Of a DNA stretch of 42,297 bases, positions 28,447-36,083 are shown piece by piece (positions within the stretch are counted from its first letter, which is position 1; each line of letters begins with the position of its first letter). The notes beneath the pieces were generated by a model. That model was not told where the DNA came from, did no database searches, and saw only the letters and a program-made list of their open reading frames with translations. The position numbers and the translations under genes were made by a program. The stretch comes from a virus (lineage: Duplodnaviria; Caudoviricetes). The DNA lies in the IMG/VR virus record IMGVR_UViG_3300032212_000039, positions 1 to 42,297 of that record; one strand, written 5' to 3'.

Positions 28447-30009
28447 ATGATTAAAAGAATCACAATCGCGCTTTTACTGCTGGTCTTATCGACTAGCCTA
28501 TTTGCGCAGCGCGTACCGAAAGATTTGCCGAAATCCTACGTAAAGGAGTACAAGCAAAACAGGAAAGCACTAAAGAGCTTAAAAGGCTTTGATGTCGTCC
28601 TTGATCCGGTCGAAGTAACCGACATGGCCCCGTCGATGTCTGCTGGCCAGGCTGAAATCCTTAATTGGGGTAATCTTAACCTGGCGATTACGGCCAACGC
28701 TGACAAGATCAAAAGCAAATTGAAACGACCGGTATGGGTATACGTATTCGATACGGCTGGAGATCTTAAACACAAGATGTTAAGCAAGTCGTCAAGGACT
28801 GGCTTTAGTTTCACCGGTGAGCCATCAAAGGAAGATGGAAACGGGCACGGAACGCATGTCGCCGGCATCTATGGCGCTTGGAACCAGTCCCAACAATTGG
28901 GAATAGCTAGGTACCTGGCGGAAAAGGGATTATTAAATATCGTCCCCGTCAAGGTCTTGAGCGACCAGGGTTCCGGATTATATAGCTGGATGACTACAGC
29001 GGTTTATAAGATGATTGAAGATGCAAAGAAACATCCCGACGCGTTTATCATCTTTAATTTTTCGCTGTCAGGATCAGCAGGATCCGCCGCTTTTGATATC
29101 GCACTGGCGGAGGCAAAGAAAGCCGGTATTGCGGTCGTATGCGCCGCCGGTAATTCAGGAAAGAAGGAATTAGGATATCCGGCCAGGTCATTACATACGG
29201 ATGCTATCTCCGCAAGTGGTACCAACAACACTAAGGCCAGCTTTTCAAACTATGGCGAGGGTATTAGTTTTATCGCTCCAGGAGTGGCCATTAATTCGAC
29301 CTGGAAAAACGGAACAGTCAGAGCGTTATCGGGAACTTCAATGAGTACGCCAACCCAGGGCGCAATATATGCCATCCTGGCCAGTGTTAACCCTATGGCC
29401 ACCGCTGCGCAAATTCGTGCCCACATGATCAAGTACACCACCGATTTACCACCGACCGGATATGATGAGAACAACGGCCACGGCTTATCGGTGATTACTA
29501 GGATGCTAGAGAATCCGATTAATCCAAGCGACCCACCAGAGGAGCCAGAGGAAGAACCAGAGGAGCCAGGAGAATTACCAACGAAAAACACCAGGTACAT
29601 TGTATCCGATATCCCGACCAGATATACGGTACTCTGGAGGGCGAAAGACGATGGTAAATGGCAGGAGCTAATTATTAAGCTATCGGTAAGGATGAAAACC
29701 AACCTGTATGCGGAGGACGCAATCAAGGCGCTTAACGTAGCGACACTAAAGCACTTTGTCCGACGATACTATATCATCCCCGAAACTGGAGACTTTATCG
29801 ATGCTGGTTTTGCAGTACGCCGGTTTTATGAAATACTGCTGGAGGATCAAGGGCTGGCCGTTGATGTTATCGATATCCGAGTTGAAAGCGAAGACGGGTA
29901 CCAGGCTAGAGCGGTAAACATTCCACGGATCGGAGCGCGAAAGATAAAGAAGCTAATGAAAGCCAGCGATTCGGGATACCTCGCACCAGGTCAGAAGTCC
30001 CCGTATTAA
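28447..30009 (+). CDS. Secreted subtilisin-family (S8) serine protease
   Basis: Signal peptide SLFA|Q; catalytic D (VFDTA), H (HGTHVAG), oxyanion N (AAGN), S (GTSMST). Confidence 0.93.
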   Translation: MIKRITIALLLLVLSTSLFAQRVPKDLPKSYVKEYKQNRKALKSLKGFDVVLDPVEVTDMAPSMSAGQAEILNWGNLNLAITANADKIKSKLKRPVWVYVFDTAGDLKHKMLSKSSRTGFSFTGEPSKEDGNGHGTHVAGIYGAWNQSQQLGIARYLAEKGLLNIVPVKVLSDQGSGLYSWMTTAVYKMIEDAKKHPDAFIIFNFSLSGSAGSAAFDIALAEAKKAGIAVVCAAGNSGKKELGYPARSLHTDAISASGTNNTKASFSNYGEGISFIAPGVAINSTWKNGTVRALSGTSMSTPTQGAIYAILASVNPMATAAQIRAHMIKYTTDLPPTGYDENNGHGLSVITRMLENPINPSDPPEEPEEEPEEPGELPTKNTRYIVSDIPTRYTVLWRAKDDGKWQELIIKLSVRMKTNLYAEDAIKALNVATLKHFVRRYYIIPETGDFIDAGFAVRRFYEILLEDQGLAVDVIDIRVESEDGYQARAVNIPRIGARKIKKLMKASDSGYLAPGQKSPY

Positions 30010-30044
30010 ATTGTACTTATTTTATCACTTATAAATTCATTCAA

Positions 30045-30545
30045 ATGGAAGAACTTAAATTTGTAATCGATGAGCAAGCGCTAAGGAATTTAAGCATCGT
30101 CATGGCAAACGATGAACCGGAGGAAGTGACGGATTCAATAGCCGACGCCGCTCAAGTTATCATCATTGTAGAAAGACCATTGCAGGACGGGTTCCAATAT
30201 ACCGACCTTTTCCAATGGGTGGCCGTCCAGCCCTATATTCAAGAACTAGTGAACGACGCCCAAACGTTTTGGACACAGTTCAATGAGGTTGTAGCAAAGA
30301 ATCCTAAATTAGCGATTGCTTCTGTTGTTGAGGCGAGGCGGAGGGTTGAGGGCTCCGGTTTAACAAATGGGGCAAAGCTGTTTTTCAACTTCTTATTCCT
30401 AGCTGCTAATGGATTTGATTTTGGATCAATGGTATTCATTCAAAGCCAGGCACAAATTACCATGTGGCAAAACTTTTTCAAAGGGGTGGATATTATGCCA
30501 AACGCCATCCCAACGGCGATCGGACCTGGAAACCTCGCCGGTTAA
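30045..30545 (+). CDS. Hypothetical protein
   Basis: 166-aa ORF; last gene before the terminator. Confidence 0.75.
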   Translation: MEELKFVIDEQALRNLSIVMANDEPEEVTDSIADAAQVIIIVERPLQDGFQYTDLFQWVAVQPYIQELVNDAQTFWTQFNEVVAKNPKLAIASVVEARRRVEGSGLTNGAKLFFNFLFLAANGFDFGSMVFIQSQAQITMWQNFFKGVDIMPNAIPTAIGPGNLAG

Positions 30546-30601
30546 ATCGCATAGTGTTGAAGGCCCATTGACACGGGCAGTATGTTTCATAGTTTTAGAC
30601 G

Positions 30602-30636
30602 GAACCAATCTCGAAAGGGGTTGGTTCTTTTTTTTT
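30602..30636 (+). terminator. Rho-independent terminator ending the late operon
   Basis: GAACCAATCTC-GAAA-GGGGTTGGTTC followed by T9. Confidence 0.9.
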
Positions 30637-30656
30637 GCAGTAGTTTTTTGCAGCAA
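30632..30656. repeat. 25-bp inverted repeat, left arm (partner 33814-33838)
   Basis: TTTTTGCAGTAGTTTTTTGCAGCAA; 24/25 match to the reverse complement of the partner. Confidence 0.85.
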
Positions 30657-30659
30657 AAA

Positions 30660-30690
30660 TTGCATTTGATTTTTTTATTATATAAGTTTG
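30660..30690 (+). promoter_or_regulatory. Bacteroidota-type promoter
   Basis: TTGC at 30660, TAAGTTTG at 30683-30690. Confidence 0.65.
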
Positions 30691-30720
30691 TAGTCATTCA
30701 ACGAATTTAAAAAACAACAA

Positions 30721-31743
30721 ATGAGTATCACAAAGACGGCACTCGCCACCGAATTGGGTATCACCCGATTTGTCCTGGATCGCAAAATCAAGGATCTAAC
30801 CTCACAAAAAGCGCTCAAGTTACGAGCGCCACAACCACGCAAACCAGTATCGGATAAACTAGCGGACGCGATCAGGGAATCGCTATCGGAGGATACATCC
30901 GTCGAAGATCTGGAGGAATTGGTCATCGTACCAAGTACCAGAGATACGGAGGACTACGAGATCCAGGAGGCTGTTTATCGCCAGCTGGATTTTTCAGAAG
31001 ATGAGGAACTAAAAGAAGCCGATCCAGAACTGGAAGAAAACAAAGGATCCCTAATTAATGCCAGGATGACCGAATTTAGGAAAGAAGCCCTGGCGGAATT
31101 CGCAGGATCTACAGATCGCGTTTCCGACCATTACGAAACCATAGAGGATTTAAATCCGCCGACGGATGAGGAAGTCGAGGAAGCAATCGAGGACTGGCGA
31201 AAGGCATTCGACAATCCGATCGTTACGCCAAAGCCGGATCCACCGATCGAAGATGAGAAAGAAAACTGGCTGGTAGAATGGAAGGAAAGACAAGCGAAAG
31301 CCATTCGAAGTCTCCCAGGTAATGAGGAACCAGAGAAAGTCGACCAGGAGAAGCCAGGGCAAGCCATACACCCGATGTTTAAACTACAGCTGGACGTTAT
31401 AGCGGCGATTGTCATCATTCTTACCGATGCAATATGTTGCTGGTGGATTGCTTACAATTCATTTGACGGCCAGGCGGCGATCCATGCCAGTGCTTTGTTC
31501 TTTCTTGGTGGTATGGCGTCGGGCTATGCTGCTGTTAGATTCATTGCTACTGAGAAAAGCACACTATCGGATGACTGGTCAAACGGACTAATGGTATACC
31601 AAATCGCTTTGCATGTTTGCGCCCTGGAGGTATTACAATCGTATTCCTTCCTAGTCGGCAAAATTGTAATTGCAATTGGTTTCGCTATGTCGATGAAAGT
31701 ACTCGCAAAATCATTCCGTAACGTTCAAATTAAATCCCTATGA
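30721..31743 (+). CDS. N-terminal HTH, acidic linker and four-TM membrane protein
   Basis: TKTALATELGITRFVLDRKI HTH-like segment; four hydrophobic helices at the C-terminus. Confidence 0.7.
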   Translation: MSITKTALATELGITRFVLDRKIKDLTSQKALKLRAPQPRKPVSDKLADAIRESLSEDTSVEDLEELVIVPSTRDTEDYEIQEAVYRQLDFSEDEELKEADPELEENKGSLINARMTEFRKEALAEFAGSTDRVSDHYETIEDLNPPTDEEVEEAIEDWRKAFDNPIVTPKPDPPIEDEKENWLVEWKERQAKAIRSLPGNEEPEKVDQEKPGQAIHPMFKLQLDVIAAIVIILTDAICCWWIAYNSFDGQAAIHASALFFLGGMASGYAAVRFIATEKSTLSDDWSNGLMVYQIALHVCALEVLQSYSFLVGKIVIAIGFAMSMKVLAKSFRNVQIKSL

Positions 31744-32237
31744 TAGCCCTACGAATACTAGTACCAATTCTACAGGCTTTTGGCATCCTTGAAAGGGACA
31801 ACATTAGCCATCCATTTAAACCACAAGAGGAGCCACAAACAGAGCCACAACGCGACTTACAAGAGGCACCAGAAGAAATGCAGAATATTATTAAAACCTC
31901 ATGGGGTACAAGCCGCTCGAATGTGGCAGTACATGTCGAGCTTGATACCGAACGTAATGTGTTCGAATTCGACCGCTCTAAAAGCTTTAAAAGAGCACTT
32001 GCAATGTCGGCCGATTTTGGGTGGGCTGATGTGGCAGTTTTGAAGGACTCGAAAGTCAGTGAAACATCATACAAGAAAGTTCGACCGTTTGTGGTATCTG
32101 GAGAAAGCAACAAAGAGATCGCAGAGCGTTTCGGCTGGAAGGTAGCAACGGCGGAAAAGTATTGCGCAAAGGTTCGCAAAGCAATTCGATTGTTTCAAGA
32201 AAACGACGGTCAAAACCCCTCCCCTCTTGGTAAATAG
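31740..32237 (+). CDS. C-terminal HTH (LuxR/sigma-4-like) protein
   Basis: GESNKEIAERFGWKVATAEKY. Confidence 0.65.
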   Translation: MIALRILVPILQAFGILERDNISHPFKPQEEPQTEPQRDLQEAPEEMQNIIKTSWGTSRSNVAVHVELDTERNVFEFDRSKSFKRALAMSADFGWADVAVLKDSKVSETSYKKVRPFVVSGESNKEIAERFGWKVATAEKYCAKVRKAIRLFQENDGQNPSPLGK

Positions 32238-32315
32238 GGGTAGGGGGCGGATTTTACCTGGATTTTACCGGATTTCTTGATCCGGATTTTTTAAAACTAT
32301 AAGTATCAACACATT

Positions 32316-33095
32316 ATGAAAAATAAAAATCGGGTTTCGGACTTGGATAAAAGTTGGATTTCTACCGGATTTGAAAAACCGGATTCGATAGGGGGGGGAA
32401 GTAGCGACATTCCTTTTACCCCTATCGAAGTGCTAACAAACGTCGACACATTGCAAGCGAATGAGACTCGCAATGTAAGTACCGTTGTGATTATCAAACC
32501 GACTCGCAAAGGGACTCGCAATGTAAGCGCCGTTGTGGCTTACAAAGGGATTACTAATGCGACTCGCAAAGGTACTGCGATTGTGACTCGCAAAGTACGC
32601 CACATTACAAGCCACATAAACGGGGACAATGTGCGGTATTTTGCGCTCACATTTGCAAGTGGTTTTGTAAGTGATTTTGCAGCACCTTTGGGGCGGATCT
32701 TTGTAAGTGTTTTACATGCCACATTCAAAGGACTTACAAACCCATTAACATGGAAGATTGTTGGCGGCACATTGGCAGTCGTTTTCGGTGGGTATGGATT
32801 GTACCTATTCGGAGTTGTTTTAATCGCAATTCTTACTAATGAATACCTATGGAAAGTATTAGGTTTTGCAATAGTGGGTTGTGTTACATTCTTTGTCTTT
32901 TTAATTGGATCAGCGGACGTTTTCCGGAGCCATAGAGGTAGAGGTCGGAACAGACCAGATCCGCCGCCTGAATCGTCCACATGGCACCGGTCAGACAATT
33001 TCGGTCGGACCGGCCAGTCAAACGTCACGATTGTAAACGTAGGCGGCGAGGGGAATTCCGTTAATACCAATATCTCAAACAACCAAAATCATTAA
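32316..33095 (+). CDS. Membrane protein with tetrapeptide-repeat N-terminus
   Basis: TRK/TRN repeats; two to three TM helices. Confidence 0.65.
   Translation: MKNKNRVSDLDKSWISTGFEKPDSIGGGSSDIPFTPIEVLTNVDTLQANETRNVSTVVIIKPTRKGTRNVSAVVAYKGITNATRKGTAIVTRKVRHITSHINGDNVRYFALTFASGFVSDFAAPLGRIFVSVLHATFKGLTNPLTWKIVGGTLAVVFGGYGLYLFGVVLIAILTNEYLWKVLGFAIVGCVTFFVFLIGSADVFRSHRGRGRNRPDPPPESSTWHRSDNFGRTGQSNVTIVNVGGEGNSVNTNISNNQNH
32465..32739. repeat. 12-bp-periodic RCTYRCAW repeat array in both orientations
   Basis: GACTCGCAA at 32465, 32501, 32513, 32561, 32585; inverted TTGYAAGTG at 32653, 32665, 32701. Confidence 0.75.
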
Positions 33096-33098
33096 CTC

Positions 33099-33626
33099 AT
33101 GACTAAACAGCATTTAATCATTTCCAGTATAACCGGATTCTTTTGGTCGCTGGCCATCTTCCAGGATCCGTTTTTTATCCTTTTATTTACAGCCTCTTTT
33201 GTCCTGGTGATTTATTCCATCATAATGACTATCATAAACCACCGTCGAGATATGGAGCTTAAAAAGACAATCGAGTCGATCTATGTGGTTGCTCTAAAAA
33301 TGGACGGAACGAAGATCGATATACCTATCCAATTCAATCACCTGGTCCGCCACGTAAAAGCAAAGTATATCGATAAAGAAGCAAAGCGGATCCGGAGAGA
33401 ATTAGCGCGCGTAGGGAATCCGTTTTTTGATCCGGACCTGGAGCCAGAAAAACAAATCTATGTTGTACCTATCTATCCTAATGATGGCGTACACGTGAAC
33501 CAAACGGATATAGAATACAATCTTATGGCATTAGATAATATTAAAGATTTTCGCGCTAAATGGCATAAGCTTTTAAAGGAAACGGATCTGGAGTGGTACA
33601 AGAAATACCACCACCACCAGGTGTAA
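33099..33626 (+). CDS. Membrane-anchored hypothetical protein
   Basis: N-terminal TM hairpin. Confidence 0.7.
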   Translation: MTKQHLIISSITGFFWSLAIFQDPFFILLFTASFVLVIYSIIMTIINHRRDMELKKTIESIYVVALKMDGTKIDIPIQFNHLVRHVKAKYIDKEAKRIRRELARVGNPFFDPDLEPEKQIYVVPIYPNDGVHVNQTDIEYNLMALDNIKDFRAKWHKLLKETDLEWYKKYHHHQV

Positions 33627-33671
33627 GATCTTACGGTGATACTCACCGTTTGTTTTTCGTTGAATCATTTC

Positions 33672-33704
33672 GAGGGCTTGCTAATTGCACGCCCTCTTTT
33701 TTTT
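33672..33704 (+). terminator. Rho-independent terminator (contains the -33 of the next promoter)
   Basis: GAGGGC...GCCCTC followed by T8. Confidence 0.8.
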
Positions 33705-33715
33705 CCCTATCTTTG
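33685..33715 (+). promoter_or_regulatory. Promoter for a candidate sRNA
   Basis: TTGC at 33685, TATCTTTG at 33708-33715. Confidence 0.65.
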
Positions 33716-33720
33716 AAGTG

Positions 33721-33786
33721 TTATTGTATTATGTGTTTTATTCAACTTTCCAGTATAGAAAGGGATCCTTAGTGGTCCCTTTTTTT
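33721..33786 (+). ncRNA. Candidate ~66-nt stand-alone sRNA
   Basis: Own promoter and terminator (AAAGGGATC...GGTCCCTTTTTTT); complementary to leader 33876-33896. Confidence 0.6.
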
Positions 33787-33813
33787 GTGTCTAGATCTGA
33801 GGCTAAAATAAAA

Positions 33814-33838
33814 TTGCTGCAAAAAACTGCTGCAAAAA
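33814..33838. repeat. 25-bp inverted repeat, right arm
   Basis: TTGCTGCAAAAAACTGCTGCAAAAA. Confidence 0.85.
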
Positions 33839-33870
33839 TTTGCATCAAAAATAAATTTGCCTTATCTTTG
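33839..33870 (+). promoter_or_regulatory. Bacteroidota-type early promoter
   Basis: TTTG at 33839, TATCTTTG at 33863-33870. Confidence 0.75.
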
Positions 33871-33898
33871 AGTCAGAATAAAAAACACACATAATAAG

Positions 33899-34147
33899 AT
33901 GACAAAGACAAGCAAACTTTCCGTATTAGCCTCAATCCGTGAGCGCATCGAGTTAATCCAAAGTGAAGTAATCGAATTTTCAAAGACCGTCGAGGTTGAC
34001 TATGACGATTGCGAAGCATATAGTGAAAGCGAATTCTTTATCGCTGACCAGCTGGAGGAATTGGAAGCGCTCCAAAAAGCGTTGTCAGATTGCGAAACGA
34101 CAGCCGCCAAATTACTTTCTAAGGAAACCACTTTCCAAACATCCTAA
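33899..34147 (+). CDS. Acidic coiled-coil hypothetical protein
   Basis: 82-aa ORF, first gene after the promoter. Confidence 0.7.
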   Translation: MTKTSKLSVLASIRERIELIQSEVIEFSKTVEVDYDDCEAYSESEFFIADQLEELEALQKALSDCETTAAKLLSKETTFQTS

Positions 34148-34149
34148 TT

Positions 34150-34317
34150 ATGTATACCAAGATTCTACAAGTAGCCGCCGCCGCTATGGCGTCACAGATA
34201 CACCAGGACGATCGCATCGAGGTAATTGCCTCATGTGCGATCGTCGCCGACGGATTCGGATTCGTCACACTTGCACAGCGACTAGATACTCTTATCAACC
34301 ACATGTACAACGGATAG
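34150..34317 (+). CDS. 55-aa hypothetical protein (not in the ORF track)
   Basis: MYTKILQVAAAAMASQIHQ...HMYNG; ATG 2 nt after the upstream stop. Confidence 0.6.
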   Translation: MYTKILQVAAAAMASQIHQDDRIEVIASCAIVADGFGFVTLAQRLDTLINHMYNG

Positions 34318-34392
34318 TAATACATCGAAATGAGTTGGTCGGACATTAGCACCGGCAAAAAGTTCTTTGACATACTGGCAGCGCTATAGAGC

Positions 34393-34453
34393 GCACTTAC
34401 ACGCTTCTGACCGTTCGGGGCTGGAAATGGGTTCGATACCCTCCAGGAGTGCA
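34393..34453 (+). other. tRNA-fragment-like structured element with a T-loop
   Basis: GGG-TTCGATA-CCC inside CTGGA/TCCAG and GCACT/AGTGC stems. Confidence 0.5.
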
Positions 34454-34476
34454 TTGTTAAATTAAACTAATTCCAA

Positions 34477-34842
34477 ATGACTAAACAGCAAATAAGACTT
34501 TTACGGATGATCCATACACAATTGTCGTGCATGGAAGTTACCCTTAGTGAGTTAGTGGATCCTATGATCCTGAAAGGTGATACAATTGGCCTGGTGGACG
34601 AAAAACTCCCACTATACATCGAAGGGATCCGTCAAGCCAGGGAGCATTTAAAAGAAGCCTGGCAAAGTATGGAGCCGATTATCTCCGCAATCACTAAGGA
34701 GATTGAACCGGATAAAGAACATGAGCCGATCGAATCAATCCTAAAGGAATCAGCGATTATTTTACATAAGATGAGATTTAAAGGCGGCGATATTACGCCT
34801 CCGCCAATTCCGGATATCGATATCACCTGGATTGAAGAATAA
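34477..34842 (+). CDS. Hypothetical protein
   Basis: 121-aa ORF. Confidence 0.7.
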   Translation: MTKQQIRLLRMIHTQLSCMEVTLSELVDPMILKGDTIGLVDEKLPLYIEGIRQAREHLKEAWQSMEPIISAITKEIEPDKEHEPIESILKESAIILHKMRFKGGDITPPPIPDIDITWIEE

Positions 34843-34857
34843 TAATGTCCCTTTTTA

Positions 34858-34892
34858 GCCGGTTGGTACCTGGAGTGCTGGCCGGCGCTTTT
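34858..34892 (+). terminator. Hairpin / weak terminator
   Basis: GCCGGTTGGTAC...GTGCTGGCCGGC followed by GCTTTT. Confidence 0.5.
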
Positions 34893-34923
34893 AAATTATT
34901 TCAAACCATTTCAATTAATACAA

Positions 34924-35154
34924 ATGAGTATCAAGGAACAAGCTAGTCAAATCACATATGGCCAATGTCTGGAGGAAATGTCGGAAAAACGAGGAACGCG
35001 TCAAACGATGTTTATTCCGGATTCGGTTAACACCTTAATCGAGGAATTCCAGGAGCGGTTCAAGGCTGAAAACGGCCGACACATTTCAAAGGAAAAGGTA
35101 TTCTTTAAATTATCCGTAGCGGGATTTAAGGAGCTACTTTCCGACAAATCCTAA
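34924..35154 (+). CDS. Putative ribbon-helix-helix DNA-binding protein
   Basis: RQTMFIPDSV..LI....ISKE.V pattern. Confidence 0.5.
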   Translation: MSIKEQASQITYGQCLEEMSEKRGTRQTMFIPDSVNTLIEEFQERFKAENGRHISKEKVFFKLSVAGFKELLSDKS

Positions 35155-35180
35155 TTTTCAAATCCTATCAAATCAATATT

Positions 35181-36083
35181 ATGAGTGAGGAAAAACAAAG
35201 CCATACAAGCGAAGATTTATTAAAGCAAATCTTAGAGCTTCAAAACAAGTTAAAAGCTACTGAATTGAAGGCTATTGGACTGTATAACGAAAACCAGCAG
35301 TACAAAATGAACATTGCACCGGATGCAATGCGTATGAAAGCGGAATTGAATATCGAGCTGGAGGTAGCACAGACCTTTATCACATCTGGAGCTTTTCCCA
35401 ATGTGACAAAAGAGCAAGCCTACGTAATTATGAAAGCCGGTCAGGAAATGGGCCTGGATAAAGTCGAGTCTTTGCAATCCCTATACATAACACCAAAGGG
35501 GAAAATTGAGATCTTCGGAAAAGCCCTAACTGGATTCATCAAACGGGGCGGATATGAAATCGAATACCAGGAGGAAATCGAGTCCAGCGTAGTAGTAAGG
35601 GTTTTTCATCCAACGAATGGATATGACTATCGGGAATTGGTGACAGACCAGGACCAGGTTATCAAAGCGAAGTACCGGAAAGATGGGAGCAAACGAACGT
35701 CGGCGATCGATTTCGCTAAGAAAAATAAAATGCGATTCCACGGATTGAGAATGCACTTGAATTTTAGGTTAGCCCACTTAATAAAGGCGACATCTGATTT
35801 ATTTTCGAATGATTTCCTGGAGTGGAAAGAGCAACAACAATTGGATTCAAAAATCCAACTAGGTTTGCCGGTCGAATCACAACCTGGACTAGATCTGGAA
35901 GCAATCGAGGCCAATAAGAATATCGAGCGGATTTCTAACCGCTTAAAAACGGCCACTGGATTGCAATTAGTTAACCTTCGCGAAACTTGCGAAAAACTCA
36001 ATTTGATGGATCTTTACGAGGATCGAGTCGACGAGCTGGAAGCACTGGAGGCGGAACAAAGACAGAATTCCAATGAAGGGTAA
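35181..36083 (+). CDS. RecT/Bet-like single-strand annealing protein
   Basis: IMKAGQEMGL...SLQSLYI...GKI motif; adjacent to an exonuclease gene. Confidence 0.65.
   Translation: MSEEKQSHTSEDLLKQILELQNKLKATELKAIGLYNENQQYKMNIAPDAMRMKAELNIELEVAQTFITSGAFPNVTKEQAYVIMKAGQEMGLDKVESLQSLYITPKGKIEIFGKALTGFIKRGGYEIEYQEEIESSVVVRVFHPTNGYDYRELVTDQDQVIKAKYRKDGSKRTSAIDFAKKNKMRFHGLRMHLNFRLAHLIKATSDLFSNDFLEWKEQQQLDSKIQLGLPVESQPGLDLEAIEANKNIERISNRLKTATGLQLVNLRETCEKLNLMDLYEDRVDELEALEAEQRQNSNEG

Noticed and set aside
24946-30545. Diversity-generating retroelement acting on the tail spike
   Set aside because: No reverse transcriptase and no TR/VR repeat pair seen.
32465-32739. CRISPR mini-array
   Set aside because: Repeats are only 8-9 bp with 12-bp phasing inside an ORF; no spacer-length unique segments and no cas genes.
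33685-33894. 69-aa ORF from the track
   Set aside because: TTG start, runs through two terminators and two promoters; the region is better explained as regulatory or sRNA.
34380-34455. Complete tRNA gene
   Set aside because: Only a T-arm-like hairpin; no canonical D arm, anticodon arm, 7-bp acceptor stem or CCA.
30721-35154. Lysogeny module (integrase / CI-Cro switch)
   Set aside because: No tyrosine or serine recombinase motifs, no divergent gene pair and no S24 peptidase-type repressor.
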